Shown: positions 13,826-24,085 of the stretch, piece after piece
Numbering within the stretch: position 1 is the stretch's first letter
How the letters are laid out: every line of letters starts with the position of its first letter
NCBI GenBank assembly: GCA_963779415.1
Contig: CAVZYA010000002.1
Location: 800,001 to 864,000 of the forward strand
Source of the DNA: an uncultured Acidobacteriota bacterium
Lineage (GTDB): Bacteria; Acidobacteriota; Thermoanaerobaculia; UBA5066
Length of the DNA stretch: 64,000 bases
Reading direction: 5' to 3'
Notes under the pieces: model-generated
Seen by the model: the letters and a program-made list of their open reading frames with translations, nothing else
Told to the model about the DNA's origin: nothing
Databases searched by the model: none
Made by a program: the position numbers and the translations under genes

Positions 13826-14343
13826 GATGTCACCGCTTCTGCAGCCGCCGCGAGGCGCGACGGTCCGGCGCCCGAGATGACGGTGAAGCGGCGGCCAAGC
13901 TTCAGGAGGCCGCGCCGCAGGCGGTCGAAGAAATCCTCGCGCTGGGCGAGGTCGGGGTGACAGCGCTGCGGATCGAAGCTCCACGGAAGGTCGGGGCGAA
14001 GAAGCAGGGTCAGGTCGATCCGCTGCGAGGCGGCGAGCGCCTCGGCCTCCTTCGGACAATCGCCGTAGAGGACGTGGCTCCAGACCGTGATCGTCAGGAG
14101 GTCCGTGTCGAGGAGGAGAAGGCCGCGGGCCGACCGCGCCGCCTCCTCTTCGGCGGCCTTCTGGGCGAGGGCGATCGGGAGGATGTCTCCGATCTCGTAG
14201 ACGACCCCCTTCACGTCGTAATACGCCCGCGAAGCCTCCGGGACGAAGGGCGCGCCGAACCGCGCCGCCAGCTCCGCCGAGAGCGTCGACTTTCCCGACG
14301 ACTCCGGGCCGACGACCGCGACGCGGAAGAGGGGGACGCTCAA
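13795..14343 (-). CDS. NadR-like ribosylnicotinamide kinase / AAA protein
   Basis: RVAVVGPESSGKSTL, FVPE, LDTDLLTITVWS; TTG start overlaps the pnuC stop. Confidence 0.85.
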   Translation of the reverse strand: MSVPLFRVAVVGPESSGKSTLSAELAARFGAPFVPEASRAYYDVKGVVYEIGDILPIALAQKAAEEEAARSARGLLLLDTDLLTITVWSHVLYGDCPKEAEALAASQRIDLTLLLRPDLPWSFDPQRCHPDLAQREDFFDRLRRGLLKLGRRFTVISGAGPSRLAAAAEAVTSQERGTNQTD

Positions 14344-14945
14344 GCGACAGCCGGCCGGGGAGGGCGTCGCCACTCCCGGAGCGCGTAAACGCAGAGAACG
14401 AGGAAGACGACGTAGAGGAGCGCGGTCAGCTCGAGGCGCTGGACGAGGAAGAGCCCGACGTAGCCGACGTCCACGAGGATCCAGACGATCCAGCACTCGA
14501 AGACCTTCCGCGCCTGCAGCCACTGCGCCACGAGGCTGAACGCCGTCAGCGTGGCGTCGGGCCAGGGGTTCGAGGCGTCGGTCCGCGCCGCCATGAGGGC
14601 GCCGAGGGTGAGGCTCACCCCCGTCCCGGCGACTCCCCAGAGGGCCGCCGCGCGGCCGGAGAGCCGCGTGACGGGAAGCGTGTCGTGCCCTTCGCCCGTC
14701 CCTTTCCACCAGTGAAACCATCCGTAGAGCTGGAGGACGAGAAAGACGAACTGCAGGCCCATGTTCGCGTAGAGCCGCGACTGGCCGAAGACCCACGCGT
14801 AGGCCGAGACGCAGACGATCCCCGCCGGCCATCCCCAGACGCTCTGGCGCGCCATGAGCCAGACGGAGAGGAAGCCGGTCGTGGCGCCCAGCATCTCCCA
14901 CGGCGAGGCGCCCAGAATGCCGTGGAGAAGATCGGCCGCGCTCAC
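14340..14945 (-). CDS. pnuC: Nicotinamide riboside transporter
   Basis: WGWPAG, LYGWFHW, DATLTAFSLVAQWL, ECWIVWILVD. Confidence 0.9.
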   Translation of the reverse strand: MSAADLLHGILGASPWEMLGATTGFLSVWLMARQSVWGWPAGIVCVSAYAWVFGQSRLYANMGLQFVFLVLQLYGWFHWWKGTGEGHDTLPVTRLSGRAAALWGVAGTGVSLTLGALMAARTDASNPWPDATLTAFSLVAQWLQARKVFECWIVWILVDVGYVGLFLVQRLELTALLYVVFLVLCVYALREWRRPPRPAVA

Positions 14946-14955
14946 GAAGGGCGGC

Positions 14956-15981
14956 TCAAAGGCGCGGGGCGAATCGTTCGCCGCGAACGGGCTCGGCCGA
15001 GGGGACGAAGGTGCCGTTCTTGAGGACGTTCGAGAAGACGAGCGGCCAGCCGTTCCCCTTTCCCGGCTCGGAGGCGTCCTGAAGGTGGACGTGAAGGCTC
15101 GGCTCGAGGCCGCGGCCGCTGCTCCCGACCTGCGCGAGGGGGTCGCCGGCCTTCACCTTCTCTCCCGGCTTGACGACGACGCTGCCGCTCTTCAGGTGGA
15201 GAAAGAACGCCCAGACGTTCCGGCCGAGATCGAGGACGACGAAATTCCCTTCCGGCTCCGCGTCGCGGTCGATCTTTCCGGGGACGCCGTCGGGACGGCT
15301 GCCTTCGACGGCGACGACGGTTCCGGCCGCCGGGGCGAGGACGCTCTTTCCGAACGCGAAGAACTCCTCGTTCTTCGTCCCGGATCCGGCGAACGTTCTA
15401 CCGTCCTTCACGATGAAGAAGTCGGCCGCGAATCGCTGGTCCCGGTAGAGGGCGTGGAAATTCGACCAGACCGTCCGCCCGCCCCACCAGACCGTCCACT
15501 CGCCGTCGAAGGGGAGCCGGAGCGACACTTTCGGCGGCTCGTCCGCGTGTGGCGCCGGAGCCTCGACGGGAAGGCGCCGGGGACCGAGCGCCGTGATCTC
15601 GTCGTTCCGGTCGAAGTCCCACGGGATCGCGACAGGCGTCTTCGACTTTTCGAAGGTCGCGATCCGGAGATACCTTCGGGCGCCGGCGAGGCTGTCGGTC
15701 TTCTCATCGAGAACCGCCGTCTCCTTGCCGAACGCCTCCTTCCAGGAGTTGCGGAGGAGCTCGAGGCGGGAGGGGGCCTCGACGAGGCTTCGCTCCGCGG
15801 GAGAGAGCCGCTTCCAGATCTCGGCCAGCTCGCCGCGATAGAACGCCTGCGTCAGGCGGCGCCCTTCGGCGAGCGTCGCGTCGGAAGCTGTAGCGGCGGG
15901 AGGCGCGGGGCGGGGCGATTCCTTCGGCGGCACGGCCGCGAGGACGAGCGGGGCGAAAAGCAGGAGCGGGCGGACGATCAC
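14956..15981 (-). CDS. Secreted M23 family peptidase-like protein
   Basis: GGAGG RBS plus GTG, signal peptide, DQRFAADF, GNFVVLD...HLK, GSSGRGLEPSLHVHLQD. Confidence 0.8.
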   Translation of the reverse strand: MIVRPLLLFAPLVLAAVPPKESPRPAPPAATASDATLAEGRRLTQAFYRGELAEIWKRLSPAERSLVEAPSRLELLRNSWKEAFGKETAVLDEKTDSLAGARRYLRIATFEKSKTPVAIPWDFDRNDEITALGPRRLPVEAPAPHADEPPKVSLRLPFDGEWTVWWGGRTVWSNFHALYRDQRFAADFFIVKDGRTFAGSGTKNEEFFAFGKSVLAPAAGTVVAVEGSRPDGVPGKIDRDAEPEGNFVVLDLGRNVWAFFLHLKSGSVVVKPGEKVKAGDPLAQVGSSGRGLEPSLHVHLQDASEPGKGNGWPLVFSNVLKNGTFVPSAEPVRGERFAPRL

Positions 15982-16074
15982 GGGAATCCTCCTCGGGTTT
16001 TCAGGGCGCCCGGTGGGAACGCCGCATCCGGCTATGGTAACGGGCCGGGCTGCGGGACGGGTACCATCAGGACT

Positions 16075-17448
16075 ATGTCGGAAGTCCCCCCGCCCGTGCC
16101 CAGTCCCGGATGGTCGAACCTCGAGGCCGTCTTCGAATCGCTCGGCCGGGTCCTGATCTCTCTCGACGACCAGTTCCGGATTCTGCGCGCGAGCCGGACG
16201 CTCGATACCCTCGCGGGCGAGGGCGCGTCGACGGCCGTGATCGGAAAGCCGATCGAGACCCTGATCGGCGCGCGCCTGTTCGGGCCGGAGGACTCGCTCC
16301 GCGAGGCGCTTCAGGAAGGCCGCCGCGAGGAGGGCCGGCGCGGGGTGCTCCACTGCGGCGAGGACGCGGCGCGCCTCGTCTCCGTCACGACGGCCCCCGT
16401 CGCCGAGAGCGCCGTCAGCTCGTGCGACCCGCGGGCCCGGTACCTCGTGGTCCTTCGCCCCGCCGAGGACGACGACTCGATGCTGCAGAGCGCCATCGCG
16501 ACGCACGGCCTCGTCGCCCGGTCGCGTCCGATGATGCGGATCGTCCACCTCGTCGAGTCGCTCCACCGAAGCGACGCGACGGTCCTCATCACGGGCGAGA
16601 GCGGGACGGGGAAGGAAGTCATCGCGCGGGCGCTACACGCCCAGTCGACGCACGGCGGAGGGCCGTTCGTCCCCGTGAACTGCGCGGCCCTTCCGGGCGA
16701 GCTCCTCGAGAGCGAGCTGTTCGGGCACGTTCGCGGGGCGTTCACGGGGGCCGTGAAGGACCGCGTCGGCCGTCTCGAGATGGCGAGCGGCGGCACGCTC
16801 TTCCTCGACGAGGCCGCGGAGATCCCGCCGAACGTGCAGGTCAAGCTCCTCCGGGTCCTTCAGGAGCGCGTCTTCGAGCGGGTCGGCGAGAGCACGTCCC
16901 GGCGCCTCGGCGCGCGGATCATCGCGGCGACGAACGCGGACGTGCAGGAGGCGATCCTCAGCGGAAAGCTCCGGGAGGACTTCTACTACCGCCTCCGGGT
17001 CGTCCCGATACACATTCCGCCGCTGCGCGAGCGGCCGACGGACATCGAGCTGATCGCCCGGCACCTTCTCGCCCATATCGGAGGGCGCGAGGGACGCTCG
17101 CTGCGTCTCTCCCCGGACACGCTCGCCGTCCTTGAGGCCTGCCCGTGGCCCGGAAACGTCCGCGAGCTGGAGAACGCGCTGGAATACGCGGTCGCGATCT
17201 GCCGCGGGCAGACGATCCACGTCGAGGACCTCCCCCTCGAGATCCAGACCCCGCGACGCGCGACGGTCGAGCCCCCCGCGCCCCGGAGACTCGCGGAGGA
17301 AGCGCCAGGGGCGGAGGGAGAGGAGCAGAGGATCCGCCGCGCGCTGGAGCGGAACATGTGGAACCGCTCGAAAGCGGCGGCCGCGCTCGGGATGAGCCGG
17401 ACGAAGCTCTGGCGCCGGATGCGCGAGCTTCGCATCGGCTTCGCCTGA
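16075..17448 (+). CDS. PAS-domain sigma54-dependent transcriptional activator (Fis HTH)
   Basis: GESGTGKE, ESELFGHVRGAFTGA, WPGNVRELEN, C-terminal AAAALGMSRTKLWRR. Confidence 0.93.
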   Translation: MSEVPPPVPSPGWSNLEAVFESLGRVLISLDDQFRILRASRTLDTLAGEGASTAVIGKPIETLIGARLFGPEDSLREALQEGRREEGRRGVLHCGEDAARLVSVTTAPVAESAVSSCDPRARYLVVLRPAEDDDSMLQSAIATHGLVARSRPMMRIVHLVESLHRSDATVLITGESGTGKEVIARALHAQSTHGGGPFVPVNCAALPGELLESELFGHVRGAFTGAVKDRVGRLEMASGGTLFLDEAAEIPPNVQVKLLRVLQERVFERVGESTSRRLGARIIAATNADVQEAILSGKLREDFYYRLRVVPIHIPPLRERPTDIELIARHLLAHIGGREGRSLRLSPDTLAVLEACPWPGNVRELENALEYAVAICRGQTIHVEDLPLEIQTPRRATVEPPAPRRLAEEAPGAEGEEQRIRRALERNMWNRSKAAAALGMSRTKLWRRMRELRIGFA

Positions 17449-17494
17449 CCCGGGGCCGGTCTTCCCGCAAGACCAGACGATCTCGAAACTCCGC

Positions 17495-17529
17495 TTGACT
17501 TCCGGGAGTTATGAACATATGTTCATAAC
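17495..17529 (+). promoter_or_regulatory. sigma70 promoter overlapped by a perfect 22-bp palindromic operator (17508-17529)
   Basis: TTGACT (17495)-17 nt-TATGTT (17518); GTTATGAACATATGTTCATAAC is its own reverse complement. Confidence 0.8.
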
Positions 17530-17563
17530 GGTTGGCTGAGAGATCGCCAGCCGAAAAGGCAAC

Positions 17564-17962
17564 GTGCCCAGACCCACGCACCTCCGGCAAGTCTCGCTTC
17601 GGCCTTCGATTAAAGGCTTCAAGCCGATCGGTATTCCGATGTCGGAACTCGAGATCCTCTCTCTCCAGCTCGACGAGCTGGAAGCGATCCGGCTGACGGA
17701 CCGGGAAGGCCTTTACCAGGAGGAGGCGGCCGCGAGGATGGGCGTCTCGCGCGTCACTTTCGGTCGGATCCTCTGGGAAGCCCACGAGAAGGTGGCCAGA
17801 GCGCTCTTCGAAGGGAAGGCGCTCGTCATCGGAGAGGGGCCGGTGAAGTTCGAGCCGGGGGTGCGCGGGGTCTGTGCCGTACATGGAGGTCCCCGCCGGC
17901 GCGGCCGCGCCTGCCGGTGCGGACGTGATCCGAGATTGGCGCGGCAAGGAGAAAGGTCATGA
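17564..17962 (+). CDS. DUF134 (UPF0251) HTH DNA-binding protein, copy 1
   Basis: MPRP...FKPIGIP...LDELEAIRLTDREGLYQEEAAARMGVSRVTFGRIL...GKALVIG; Cys/His tail CAVH...CRC. Confidence 0.9.
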   Translation: MPRPTHLRQVSLRPSIKGFKPIGIPMSELEILSLQLDELEAIRLTDREGLYQEEAAARMGVSRVTFGRILWEAHEKVARALFEGKALVIGEGPVKFEPGVRGVCAVHGGPRRRGRACRCGRDPRLARQGERS

Positions 17963-18258
17963 TGAACGAGAACAATTTCAATGGCCGTGGCCGGTGGCAT
18001 TCGTCTTCGGTCACAGGAACAATCGGCGTGGGCCAGGGGGGCCCCCCCCGCGGGGGCGGGCGCGGCCGGTGCTTCGGCGGCGGGCGCGGTGAGCGCTGCG
18101 CGACAGATGGGCCCGGTCAAGCCGGGTCCCGGCGCGGAAGCGGCTCTCCGTGGAATCTGATGGAGGCGCTCGAGAGGCGCGTGGCGGAGCTCGAAGCGCG
18201 CGTCACTATCCGGCCCGAGCCTTCCGGCAGCGATCCGGACGCCCAGGAGCGTGGGTAA
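17959..18258 (+). CDS. Gly-rich small protein, DUF5320-like
   Basis: GGGRGRCFGGGRG followed by coiled coil LERRVAELEAR; ATGA overlap with DUF134. Confidence 0.55.
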   Translation: MMNENNFNGRGRWHSSSVTGTIGVGQGGPPRGGGRGRCFGGGRGERCATDGPGQAGSRRGSGSPWNLMEALERRVAELEARVTIRPEPSGSDPDAQERG

Positions 18259-19303
18259 TCCCCTCCCGGAAGCCGTAAAGGGGGCCGGCGCCGTCCTCGC
18301 CGATTCGACCATGATCACCGGGTTCGTCTTCGTCATGATGATCCTGGTCGAATACGGACAGGTCGTGACGGCAGGCCTCCTTGGCCGCTGGCTCCAGCGA
18401 GGGGGTCTTCTCCGGACGGCCGCGGTGGCCTTCGTGGGAACCGTCCCGGGCTGTCTCGGCGCTTTCACGGACGTCACCCTCTACATCCACCGGCTCATCT
18501 CCTTCGGCGCCCTCGTGGGAGCCATGATCGCGGGGAGCGGGGACGAAGCCTTCGTCATGCTCGCCCTCTTCCCGAAGAAAGCGCTTCTCCTTTTCGGGCT
18601 GCTCTTCCTTTACGGGCTCCTCGTTGCGCTGCTCGTCGACAGGCTGGGCCGCCCCCGGTACTACGGGTGCGACTCCTGCCCCGACGGCATCGCGCTCCAC
18701 CCGGAGGAGCTCGCCCTTCCGAGAGAGGCTCTCCTGCGCCGCTCGTTCGGGGCGTGCAGCTTTCCGCGCGCGGCGCTCTGCGGGGCGCTGACGCTCTTCC
18801 TCGCGGCGGTGGCGGCCGGGTGGGTCGGCCCCTCCGAATGGAGCTGGGTCCGGGGGACGATCCTCGCCGTCACTCTGCTCGCGCTGATCGTCGTCTTCCT
18901 CGCACAGGAGCACTTCCTCGAGGAGCATCTCTACCGTCACGTCGCCCGAAAGCACCTTCCGAGGATCTTTCTCTGGGTCGTCGGGATCCTCCTGGCGCTC
19001 GCCCTCTTGAAGGCGGCCGACCTCCCCCTTCAGGAGTGGATTCGAAGCCACCGGGGGTGGGCGCTCGTCGCCGCCGTACTGGTCGGTGTCATACCGGAGT
19101 CGGGCCCCCATATGGTTTTCGTGACCCTCTTCGCGCAGGGGGCCCTCCCCTTCTCGGTCCTGGCCGCGTCCTCGGTGGTCCAGGACGGTCACGGGATGCT
19201 CCCTCTCCTGGCGGAGTCACGATGGGAATTCGTCAAGGTCAAGAGCGTCACGGCGACGGCGGGGCTCCTCCTCGGGGGACTCCTGATGGCGCTGGGACAT
19301 TGA
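18251..19303 (+). CDS. Putative metal (Mn/As) transporter, DUF2899/ArsP_2-like
   Basis: GTVPGCLG, SGDEAFVML, EHFLEEHL, GVIPESGPH, VQDGHGMLPLL. Confidence 0.8.
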   Translation: MGNPLPEAVKGAGAVLADSTMITGFVFVMMILVEYGQVVTAGLLGRWLQRGGLLRTAAVAFVGTVPGCLGAFTDVTLYIHRLISFGALVGAMIAGSGDEAFVMLALFPKKALLLFGLLFLYGLLVALLVDRLGRPRYYGCDSCPDGIALHPEELALPREALLRRSFGACSFPRAALCGALTLFLAAVAAGWVGPSEWSWVRGTILAVTLLALIVVFLAQEHFLEEHLYRHVARKHLPRIFLWVVGILLALALLKAADLPLQEWIRSHRGWALVAAVLVGVIPESGPHMVFVTLFAQGALPFSVLAASSVVQDGHGMLPLLAESRWEFVKVKSVTATAGLLLGGLLMALGH

Positions 19304-19317
19304 AAGGAAGAAGTGAG

Positions 19318-19764
19318 ATGGGTGAGAAGTTGAAGATCGGAATCGTCATCTGCGGCCGCTATGGAACCTGCGCGGGCGGGAAGTGTTTCCGAGCCCTCCG
19401 CGAGCGGGAGGGGGCGTTCGCCGCGTATGCCGGACGCGACGTGGAGCTCGTCGGCTTCGCCACCTGCGGAGGCTGTCCCGGCGGCAACATCGAGTCCGCC
19501 CCCGACGAGATGAAGCGAAACGGTGCCGAGGTGATCCACCTCGCCACGGGCTTCGTCGTCGGCTATCCGCCTTGCCCGTACCTCGATCACTTCGTCCGGA
19601 TGATTCCCGAGAAGTTCGGCCTGAAGGTCGTCGTGGGGACTCATCCCGTCCCCCAGAAGTACTTCCGGATCCACGAGAAGCTGGGAACGTGGGAGGGCCC
19701 GCGTTGGGAAAAGCTCCTGAAACCGACTCTCGGAGATGAGTCCGTCCGGCTCGCTTACGACTAG
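19318..19764 (+). CDS. CGGC-domain protein
   Basis: KIGIVIC...CAGGKCF...GFATCGGCPG...YPPCP...VVGTH. Confidence 0.88.
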   Translation: MGEKLKIGIVICGRYGTCAGGKCFRALREREGAFAAYAGRDVELVGFATCGGCPGGNIESAPDEMKRNGAEVIHLATGFVVGYPPCPYLDHFVRMIPEKFGLKVVVGTHPVPQKYFRIHEKLGTWEGPRWEKLLKPTLGDESVRLAYD

Positions 19765-19877
19765 GCTCGTCCGGGGACGGTCCCCGGCCGGGCCGGCCCA
19801 TCGGGTGACCCGGGCGTAACATGAAATTTTCCCCTCGCGGTGACCTGACCGCGGATCGACGGGCGAAGGAGGCAACG

Positions 19878-20381
19878 ATGGGAAGCAAGGGACGCCAGAT
19901 CGTCGGGATCGACGTGAAGAAGCTGCTCCGGATGCTCAACGCAGCCTATGCGAGCGAGTGGCTCGCGTACTACCAGTACTGGCTCGGGGCCAAGCTCGTG
20001 AAGGGGCCGATGAAGGACGCCATCGCGGCGGAGCTGACGCTCCACGCCACGGAGGAGCTGAACCACGCCACGCTGTTGACGGGCCGGATCATCCAGCTCG
20101 GCGGCACGCCGGTCGTCGACCCGAAGGAGTGGTTCACGCTGAGCCCGTGCTCCTACGACGCGCCGGCCGATCCCTACGTCTCGGTGGTCCTCGACCAGAA
20201 CATCGCGGGCGAGCAGTGCGCCATCACGGTCTACAACCAGCTGATGAAGGCGACGAAGGACAAGGACATGGTCACCTACAACCTCGCCCTCACGATCCTC
20301 GAGCAGGAGGTCGAGCACGAGGAGGATCTCCAGAGCCTCAAGGAGGACCTCGACCTGATGGTCACGCGCGGGAGCCGGTAG
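19878..20381 (+). CDS. Ferritin-like / Dps-like (DPSL) protein
   Basis: LNAAYASEWLAYYQYW, EELNH, GEQCAI, EVEHEED; AAGGAGG RBS. Confidence 0.88.
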   Translation: MGSKGRQIVGIDVKKLLRMLNAAYASEWLAYYQYWLGAKLVKGPMKDAIAAELTLHATEELNHATLLTGRIIQLGGTPVVDPKEWFTLSPCSYDAPADPYVSVVLDQNIAGEQCAITVYNQLMKATKDKDMVTYNLALTILEQEVEHEEDLQSLKEDLDLMVTRGSR

Positions 20382-20433
20382 GAGCCTTTTCCCGTTCGGA
20401 GCGGCCTTTCGTGGGCCGCCCCGGACATTCTCG

Positions 20434-21454
20434 TCAGTAGCTGGTCTCGTCCAGGACGACAGGGCCCCGGAAGCGGCTGTAGATGAAGGCGGTGTAGCCG
20501 AGGACGAAGGGCATCCCGACGAGGGCGATGACCAGCATGGTCTTCAGGGTGAGCGGAGAGGACGACGCGTTCTGGACCGTCAGGCTCCGCGAGGGATCGC
20601 CGAGCGCGGGGACGAGGTTCGGAAAGAGGCCCTGTCCCATCACGGCGATCAGGAGCGCGATGGCCGCCGACGAGGCGAGGAACGCCGCTCCCGGACGCCC
20701 GCGAGCGAGGAGCAGGGGAAAGGCGGCGAGGGCGACGACGAAAAGGGCCGGCGCGATCCAGGCGGCGGGATGGTCATACGCCTCCCAGAGGTGCCGGGCG
20801 GCGACGCGGGAGAAGAGCGTCACGGCGAGCCAGAGGACGACGAACGCCCCCCAGGCGGCGCGCGCCGTGGCGCGGGCGCGGTCCCGGAGCGCTCCTTCCG
20901 TCTTGAGATTGAGCCATGCCGCTCCCTGCATGACGAACATCGCGACGCCGAGGAGCCCCACGGCGAGAGCGAACGGGTTGAGGAGCGTGAAGAAAGTTCC
21001 CGCGTACTCGCCTTCGGCGTCGAGCGGTAGCCCCCGCACCACGTTTCCGATCGCGACGCCGAAGAGGAGCGCCGGGAGAAAGGAGCCGAGCGCGAACGCC
21101 GCATCCCACGCGGAGCGCCAGGCGGGGCTCTTCTCCTTGCTCCGGAACTCGAGGGAGACCGCCCGCAGGATGAGGGCCAGAAGGACGACCATCAGCGCGA
21201 GGTAGAGGCCCGAGAAGACCGTGGCGTAGACCGCGCGGGAAGGCCGCGAAGAGCGCTCCGCCCCCGGTCAGAATCCAGACCTCGTTGCCGTCCCAGACGG
21301 GGCCGACGGCGTTGAGCAGGATCCGGCGTTCCCGGTCGTTCCTCGCCAGGAAGAGATGGAGCGTCCCGACCCCGAGGTCGAAGCCGTCCAGGATCGCGTA
21401 GCCCACGATCAGGACGCCGACCAGGAGGAACCACGTCGTCTGGAGGTCGGGCAT
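20434..21454 (-). CDS. cydB: Cytochrome bd oxidase subunit II (frameshift near 21235)
   Basis: [43 protein letters not shown]. Confidence 0.93.
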
Positions 21455-21472
21455 CTCAGGCCTCCCTCGGGG

Positions 21473-22811
21473 TCATCCGGGGCTCGCCGGCAGGTGGTCG
21501 TCGCCCTCCGGTCCGTGGAGGACCTCTTTGTTGAGGATGTGGATCCAGAGCGCGAAGAGGAGGAGGTAGATGAGCGAGAACAGGACGATCGAGAAGAGGA
21601 CGTTTCCGGCCGGCACGCTCTTCGAAACCGCGTCCTTCGTCTTCAGCACTCCGTAGACGATCCAGGGCTGACGCCCGACCTCGGCCGTCATCCAGCCGAG
21701 CTGGATGGCGATCGTCGGGAGGGGGATCGACCAGAACATCGCCTTTTGCCACCAGCGGGTCGTCTCGAGCGTCCCCTTCCGCATCAGGAAGACGCCGATC
21801 AGCGCGAGGAGGAGCATGACGTTCCCGACGATGACCATGTGGCGGAAAGCGAGGAACGTGACGGCGATCGGCGGCCACTCTTCCCGCGGGAACTCCGAGA
21901 GCCCCCGGACGGGCGCCTGGAAGTTTCCGAAGGCGAGGAACGAGGTGAGGTTCGTGATCATCACCTCCGGCCCTTCCTTCTTTTCGGTCTGCGACGGCGG
22001 GAGCGACCAGAGGATGAGAGGCGCGCCCTTCTCCGTCGTGTAGAGACCTTCCATCGCGGCGAACTTCGCGTACTGGGTATGAGCCACCTGCTTGGCGTGG
22101 CGGTCTCCCGTCGCGAAGCTGGCCAGGATGCCGACGAGGGAGAGGACCGTCGCCCAGCGAAGTGAAGCCCGGGCGACGTCGGAGCCGCGCTCTTTCAGGA
22201 AGTACCACGCGGAGATCCCCGCGGCCAGGAACCCGCCCGCCACCCAGGCCGAGGCGATCGTGTGGACGTAGCGTGGCAGGGTCGACGGGTTGAAGACGGC
22301 CTCGGCGAAGCTCGGTCAACTCGGCGCGGCCGCCGGCGAGCGTGTAGCCCGCCGGGGTCTGCATCCACGAGTTCGCGACGATGATCCAGAAGCCCGAGAG
22401 GTGCGAGCCGAACCAGACCATCACGGCGGCGAACCACCGCGTGGTCGAGGAGATCCTTTTTCTCCCGAAGAGGAGGAGGCCGAGGAACCCGGATTCGAGG
22501 AAGAAGGCGAAGACCCCCTCGGCGGCGAGCGGCGCGCCGAAGATGTCGCCGACGAAGCGCGAGTAGCCTGCCCAGTTCGTCCCGAACTGGAACTCCATGA
22601 CGATGCCGGTGGCGACGCCGACGGCGAACGTGACCGCGAAGATCTTGAGCCAGAAGTCCGACATCCGCCGGTAGAGGTCCTTGCCGGTCCTCCAGCGGGC
22701 CGTCTCGATCGCCGCGATGAAGAGCGCCATTCCCATCGAGATCGGCGGGAAGAGAAAGTGGAACATCACCGTGAGCGCGAACTGGATCCGTGCCAGAAGT
22801 ACCGTGTCCAT
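21473..22811 (-). CDS. cydA: Cytochrome bd oxidase subunit I (frameshifted near 22310-22240)
   Basis: LARIQFALTVMFHFLF, MEFQFGTNW, AFFLESGF, KFAAMEG, EVGRQPW. Confidence 0.93.
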
Positions 22812-22883
22812 CTCGATCAGGCCCTTCCGGGGCCCCGGCCCCGTGCGACGAAAGCTGCGGACGCGACGAAGCGGCTCTTCGTG

Positions 22884-24081
22884 TCAGCAGCCGCCCTGGA
22901 TCTTTTTTACCACTTTCGGTTTCTTCTGCCCCGTGGCCTTCGCCTCCTGGATCATCCTGAGGATCTCCGACCGGGCCGACTCCCGGAACCTCTGGACGTC
23001 GCCGGCCCATCGGCCTCCCGTCGAGACGAGGAGGATCGGCTGGAGGATAGTCCTGTCGAAGGCGGGAAAGCCTCCCGCAAGGAGGGTGACGTTCTCGTAC
23101 CCGAGCTCGGAGAGGAGAAGGGCCGCCGATCGCTCCTGGGCATCGTCGACCCCGACGACGACCTTCTTCAGGTGGCGCGGGCCGAGGACCTCCCGCCACT
23201 CCTTGCCGAAGAGATCCCGGATCGAGGCGTTCACCGAGCCGGGCAGCGGAAAGGCGGCGAAGGCCTTGGGGTCCCTCAGGTCGACGATCTTCATCTGGGG
23301 CTCGCGGTCGACGATCCGGAAGGCGAGTTCGTCCACCGTCATCACCTTCACCGGGTGCGCGGCGGCGAAGGCCGGGTTCGAGACCTTCGCGAGGAGACGC
23401 GCCTTGTAATCGGGGACGAAGAGGAGCAGGACCCCCACCGCGAGAAGGCCGGCGCCCGCCACGCCGGTGCGTGGCGGCGGGGAACCGGAGAGACGGGGCC
23501 CCCGCGGGGTCCACCTTCCGCTCGATCCACGTCGTCACGGCAAAGGCGAAGACGGCGATCGCGATGAGAAGGAAGGCGAAGACGCCGGCCGGCATGTGAA
23601 GGGACTGATAGACCGTGAGCGGACCGAGGAAGGTCGAATCGTCGAACTTCTGGACCCTCGGATAGATCTCGGCGAATCCGAAGATGCCGAGGAGCCCGCC
23701 GCCAACGAACGCCATCGCGTCCACCTTCCCGATCGCGGCGGCGCAGACGCTCGTCCCGGGGCAGTAGCCGCCGAGAAGGAAGCCCACGCCCATGATCGCG
23801 CCCCCCACGATGGCGGGGGCGAGCCACATCGGATTGACGAAGATGACGTCGAGGTCGAGAAGCCCCGCCGATCCGAGGAGAAGGACACCCGCCATCGCCG
23901 TGGCGGCGGCGGTGAAAAAGACCCGAAGGACGGTGAAGTCGTATCCGTAGAAGACGCCAGCGAGCCGTCGGGACGACGAGAAGCCCGCCTGTTCGAGGAC
24001 CGCACCGAAGCCGATCCCGAGGACGAGGGCGACGACGAGGTTGAGCTGGTCGGAGATCAGGTCGGGAACGAACGGACCCAT
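22884..24081 (-). CDS. YeeE/YedE sulfur transporter domain fused to a rhodanese-like domain, ending in GGC (frameshift near 23465)
   Basis: GFGAVLEQAGF, GGYCPGT; then IVDLRD...LPGS...LGYENVTLLAGGF; ends KKIQGGC. Confidence 0.8.
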
Positions 24082-24085
24082 TGCG

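Noticed and set aside
14854-16074. 864-aa version of the sigma54 activator, and apparent fusions 38588-40390, 44712-47027, 13795-14901, 58190-60508
   Set aside because: The extensions overlap other genes in different frames or strands; the real starts are internal.
19765-19877. GC hairpins upstream of the ferritin-like gene as a riboswitch or ncRNA
   Set aside because: Short GC-rich stems with no recognisable aptamer motif; expected at this base composition.
22811-22886. GGC-TGA followed by a small hairpin and an open frame into cydA: selenocysteine or readthrough fusion
   Set aside because: The hairpin starts about 1-2 nt after the UGA, unlike a canonical bacterial SECIS. A 24-codon in-frame open stretch is likely by chance at this GC content, and cydA has a normal N-terminus.
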